A DNA stretch of 39,386 bases from Minisyncoccota bacterium (GTDB lineage: Bacteria > Patescibacteriota > Minisyncoccia > JAHIHE01 > JAGLIN01): contig JAGLOZ010000071.1 in assembly GCA_023137595.1 (NCBI GenBank), forward strand, positions 1 to 39,386, given 5' to 3'. This document shows, in pieces, positions 36,438 to 39,386 of this stretch. The first letter of the stretch is position 1, and every line of letters starts with the position of its first letter. The position numbers and the translations under genes are program-made. Below the pieces are notes generated by a model. The model did not search any database, was not told the origin of the DNA, and saw nothing but the letters and a program-made list of their open reading frames with translations.

Positions 36438-37286
36438 ATGAAAATTTTAATTTTAGGACATAAAGGAATGCTGGGCCATGAACTGGCAGATGAACTTGAA
36501 GGAGATCATGAGCTTATTTTATGGGACAGGGATCAGATTGATATTTCTAATAGGGAAGATGTGATGAAAAAAATCGGTGAGCTAGAGCCTGATGTTGTTG
36601 TTAATGCTGCTGCATACACCGCTGTTGATAAAGCTGAATCAGAAAAAGACCTAGCTTACAAAGTGAATGGTTGCGCGGTAGGATTTTTATCTACGATCTG
36701 CAAAGAGATAAATGCTCTTTTTGTCCATTTTAGCACTGATTATGTTTTTGATGGTGAAAATCATCTTGGATACAAAGAAGATCATCCTTATAAGCCGATA
36801 AATATATATGGAAAATCAAAAGCTCTTGGAGAGAAAATGATACTGGATATTGAACCTAGATATTATATAATAAGAACATCATGGCTTTTCGGTAAATATG
36901 GAAAAAATTTTGTGGAAACGATGTTGCGAATCGCTAACGAAGGAAAAGACCTAAAAGTAGTTAATGATCAATTCGGAAGTCCTACCTATGCCAAAGATTT
37001 TGCAAAAAAAGTCAGTGAATTAATTGAATCTCATAAGCCGTTTGGAATTTATCACATTACAAATTCTGAAAGTTGTAACTGGTATGAGTTCGCTTTGAAG
37101 ATCTTTGAATTTTCCGGATTAAACCCAAATGTTCAGCCAGTAACATCCGAGTCCCGAGCACTCGGGACAACTTCTTCTGAAAGGCCGACATATTCAATGC
37201 TTATCAATACAAAACTTTCACTGATGAGGCCGTGGGAAGAAGCATTAAAAGATTATTTAATAGAAACTGGAAAAATAGTTAAATAA
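36438..37286 (+). CDS. rfbD: dTDP-4-dehydrorhamnose reductase
   Basis: GHKGMLG, NAAAYTAVDKAE, STDYVFDG, YGKSK and DQFGSPT motifs. Confidence 0.95.
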   Translation: MKILILGHKGMLGHELADELEGDHELILWDRDQIDISNREDVMKKIGELEPDVVVNAAAYTAVDKAESEKDLAYKVNGCAVGFLSTICKEINALFVHFSTDYVFDGENHLGYKEDHPYKPINIYGKSKALGEKMILDIEPRYYIIRTSWLFGKYGKNFVETMLRIANEGKDLKVVNDQFGSPTYAKDFAKKVSELIESHKPFGIYHITNSESCNWYEFALKIFEFSGLNPNVQPVTSESRALGTTSSERPTYSMLINTKLSLMRPWEEALKDYLIETGKIVK

Positions 37287-37384
37287 AAATAAAACAGCTT
37301 GAGAACGAAATAAAAGAAATAAAAAAAGACGATCAGTAGAAATATATATCCAAATTATAAAATAATTTTTAATAAATAAAAAAA

Positions 37385-37492
37385 ATGGACAAGAAAAACA
37401 AAAAACAAGATGTTGTTCCCGCGATGCTTTTCGTAAGTTTTTTAGGAGTTGTTATTCTGGCTCTTGTTTTGATAGGCATGCCGGGGTTTTAA
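37385..37492 (+). CDS. Putative 35-aa single-pass membrane peptide
   Basis: Not in the ORF track. MDKKNKKQDVVPAMLFVSFLGVVILALVLIGMPGF; followed by hairpin TTCGCTGCAGTCT/AGATTGCAGCGAA. Confidence 0.5.
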   Translation: MDKKNKKQDVVPAMLFVSFLGVVILALVLIGMPGF

Positions 37493-37607
37493 TGTTTGGA
37501 AAAACAAAGTTCTGTTTCGCTGCAGTCTCTAACAAAGATTGCAGCGAAGAGAATATTCACAAATGAAAAATTAACAATTTAACAATATAATTCATTAATC
37601 TAAGTAT

Positions 37608-39386
37608 ATGAAAGATAATTTTAAATTGGATTCGGATCGTTATTATAATATTAATGATTCAAAAAAGAAAAAAGATTTAAGTAAAACAAAAACAAAGGAT
37701 CTTTCTCTGTTATTTGTTGCGCTATTTCTTTTTATTTTTATTGGTCTTGGCGGAGTGTTGCTTGTTTCTAAAATTAACAACGGCAAAATAGGAATTCCAT
37801 TTTTTCCAGGCAAGCCTCCGACAATAGAAGAAGAAAGTAATGGAGTTGTAAAAAAGTTTAAAGATTATACGGAGCTGAAAGAATTTATGGAAGATGGTAC
37901 TGCCGTTACGAGCAGTTACGGCTATGGCGATTATCTCGGCGGAGTCAATGCTTTTGAAGAAAGAATGGAAATAAGTAAATCTAATGGAGACATGGAGGGA
38001 TGGGGATCAGAAAGCGCGCCGTCTGGCGTTCCAATTGATCAAGCCATTGGAGGCGGTAATGATTATTCCACAACAAATATTCAAGTCGGAGGAGTTGACG
38101 AAGGAGATATAGTAAAGACAGACGGAAAATATATTTATACAGTTGCCGGAAATGAAGTTGTGATAGTTGAAGCATATCCGGTTCCAAATGCCAAGGAAAT
38201 TTCGAGAATAAAACTTGATTCAAGCCCAAGCGGGATCTATATAAATAGCAACAAGCTTGCGGTTTATGGACAAAATTATAATATTCGGACATCTAAAGAA
38301 TATAGAGATATTTTGCCTGGAAGGAGTAACAGCTATACTTTTCTGAAGATCTTTGACGTGAGCGATAAAAGTAGGCCTGTTTTGAAAAGGAGTTTTGACC
38401 TTGAAGGGAATCTTGCTAATTCTCGGATGATCGGAGATTATATTTATTCTGTAACTTCCAGCTATAATTATTATTATGACGATGAATTTCCAGTTCCGAT
38501 AGTTCTTGAAAATGGAAAAGTTTTGAGTAGCAACAAGAACGCCGCGAATTATTATTCTCCCGATGTTTATTACTTTGACATTCCATACCATTCTTACAAT
38601 TTCACGACGGTAACGGCTTTAAATATAAATAATGATTCAGAAAAAATAAGCAGTGAGGTTTATCTTCTGGATGGACAGCAGAACAATATGTTTGTGTCAA
38701 AGAGTAATATTTATGTAACATTTAACAAACAGATAAGCGAAATAGAGCTGGCAATGGAAATTATGCAAGAAATGATTGTTCCAAGATTGGACAAAAGAGA
38801 TCAAGAACGGATTGCGGAAATACAAGCAACAAAGAATTACATTTTATCGCCTGAAGAGAAATTGGAAAAGATTGGATTGATGTTTGAAAGATATGCTGAA
38901 TCACTGACTGACGAAGAAGAAAAAAATCTTGAGAGTGAGATGGAAAACAGAATGAAGCAAAAATATGAAGATATCTCCAAAGAGCTTGAGAAAACTGTGA
39001 TCCACAAGATCGAGATCAATGATGGCAAACTAAAATATAAAACTTCGGGAGAGGTGACGGGAGTAGTGTTGAATCAATTTTCAATGGATGAAAGCGGGGG
39101 GTATTTCAGGATCGCAACTACTAAGAATAGGAGCTGGTCAAGATTTGGGAATGAAGACACGCGAGAATCATATAGCAATTTATATGTTCTTGATGAAGAT
39201 ATGAAAGTTGTTGGAAAAGTTGAGGGACTGGCGAAAGGAGAAAGAATTTATTCCGTGCGGTTTATGCAAAGCAGGGCGTATCTGGTTACTTTCAGGCAAA
39301 CTGATCCGCTGTTTGTGATCGGTCTTGAAGATCCGACAAACCCAAAGGTGTTGGGAGAATTAAAGGTTCCCGGATTTTCCAGCTAT
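37608..39386 (+). CDS. Membrane-anchored beta-propeller domain protein (Beta_propel type; runs off the window)
   Basis: Not in the ORF track. YSTTNIQVGGVDEGDIVKTDGKYIY...LNQFSMDE..YFRIATT...GERIYSVRF..YLVTFRQTDPLFVI...GELKVPGFSSY. Confidence 0.92.
   Translation, partial: MKDNFKLDSDRYYNINDSKKKKDLSKTKTKDLSLLFVALFLFIFIGLGGVLLVSKINNGKIGIPFFPGKPPTIEEESNGVVKKFKDYTELKEFMEDGTAVTSSYGYGDYLGGVNAFEERMEISKSNGDMEGWGSESAPSGVPIDQAIGGGNDYSTTNIQVGGVDEGDIVKTDGKYIYTVAGNEVVIVEAYPVPNAKEISRIKLDSSPSGIYINSNKLAVYGQNYNIRTSKEYRDILPGRSNSYTFLKIFDVSDKSRPVLKRSFDLEGNLANSRMIGDYIYSVTSSYNYYYDDEFPVPIVLENGKVLSSNKNAANYYSPDVYYFDIPYHSYNFTTVTALNINNDSEKISSEVYLLDGQQNNMFVSKSNIYVTFNKQISEIELAMEIMQEMIVPRLDKRDQERIAEIQATKNYILSPEEKLEKIGLMFERYAESLTDEEEKNLESEMENRMKQKYEDISKELEKTVIHKIEINDGKLKYKTSGEVTGVVLNQFSMDESGGYFRIATTKNRSWSRFGNEDTRESYSNLYVLDEDMKVVGKVEGLAKGERIYSVRFMQSRAYLVTFRQTDPLFVIGLEDPTNPKVLGELKVPGFSSY

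Overview
AT-rich chromosomal window, most consistent with a Patescibacteria/CPR (Parcubacteria-type) genome. That call rests on five VirB2/TrbC-like CPR pilins, orphan solute-binding proteins, a tRNA-Ile(UAU) and rnhA next to rnpB. The left 7 kb is an accessory/defence block on the minus strand: Pif1 helicase, surface proteins, a Shedu/DUF4263 nuclease with a structured RNA leader, and a zeta-toxin plus small partner between 50-bp direct repeats. The rest is mostly housekeeping: recJ, comM/yifB, ftsH, gyrA, rpsA, a DksA/TraR protein, lspA, rnhA, rnpB, a WcaJ-like transferase, rfbD and a beta-propeller protein. The most unusual signal is non-coding. (1) Almost every intergenic gap holds palindromic REP/MITE elements nested inside one another, and related elements also sit inside recJ, rfbD, an SBP C-terminus and three helices of RNase P RNA; a REP-flanked DUF559 nuclease is a candidate mobiliser. 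(2) There are several ORF-free structured RNA candidates, at about 28120-28660 (+) and 32430-32657 (-), both with near-consensus promoters, plus 4515-4683 (-) and 18880-19030 (+). All calls are from reading motifs and base-pairing by eye; no searches were run.
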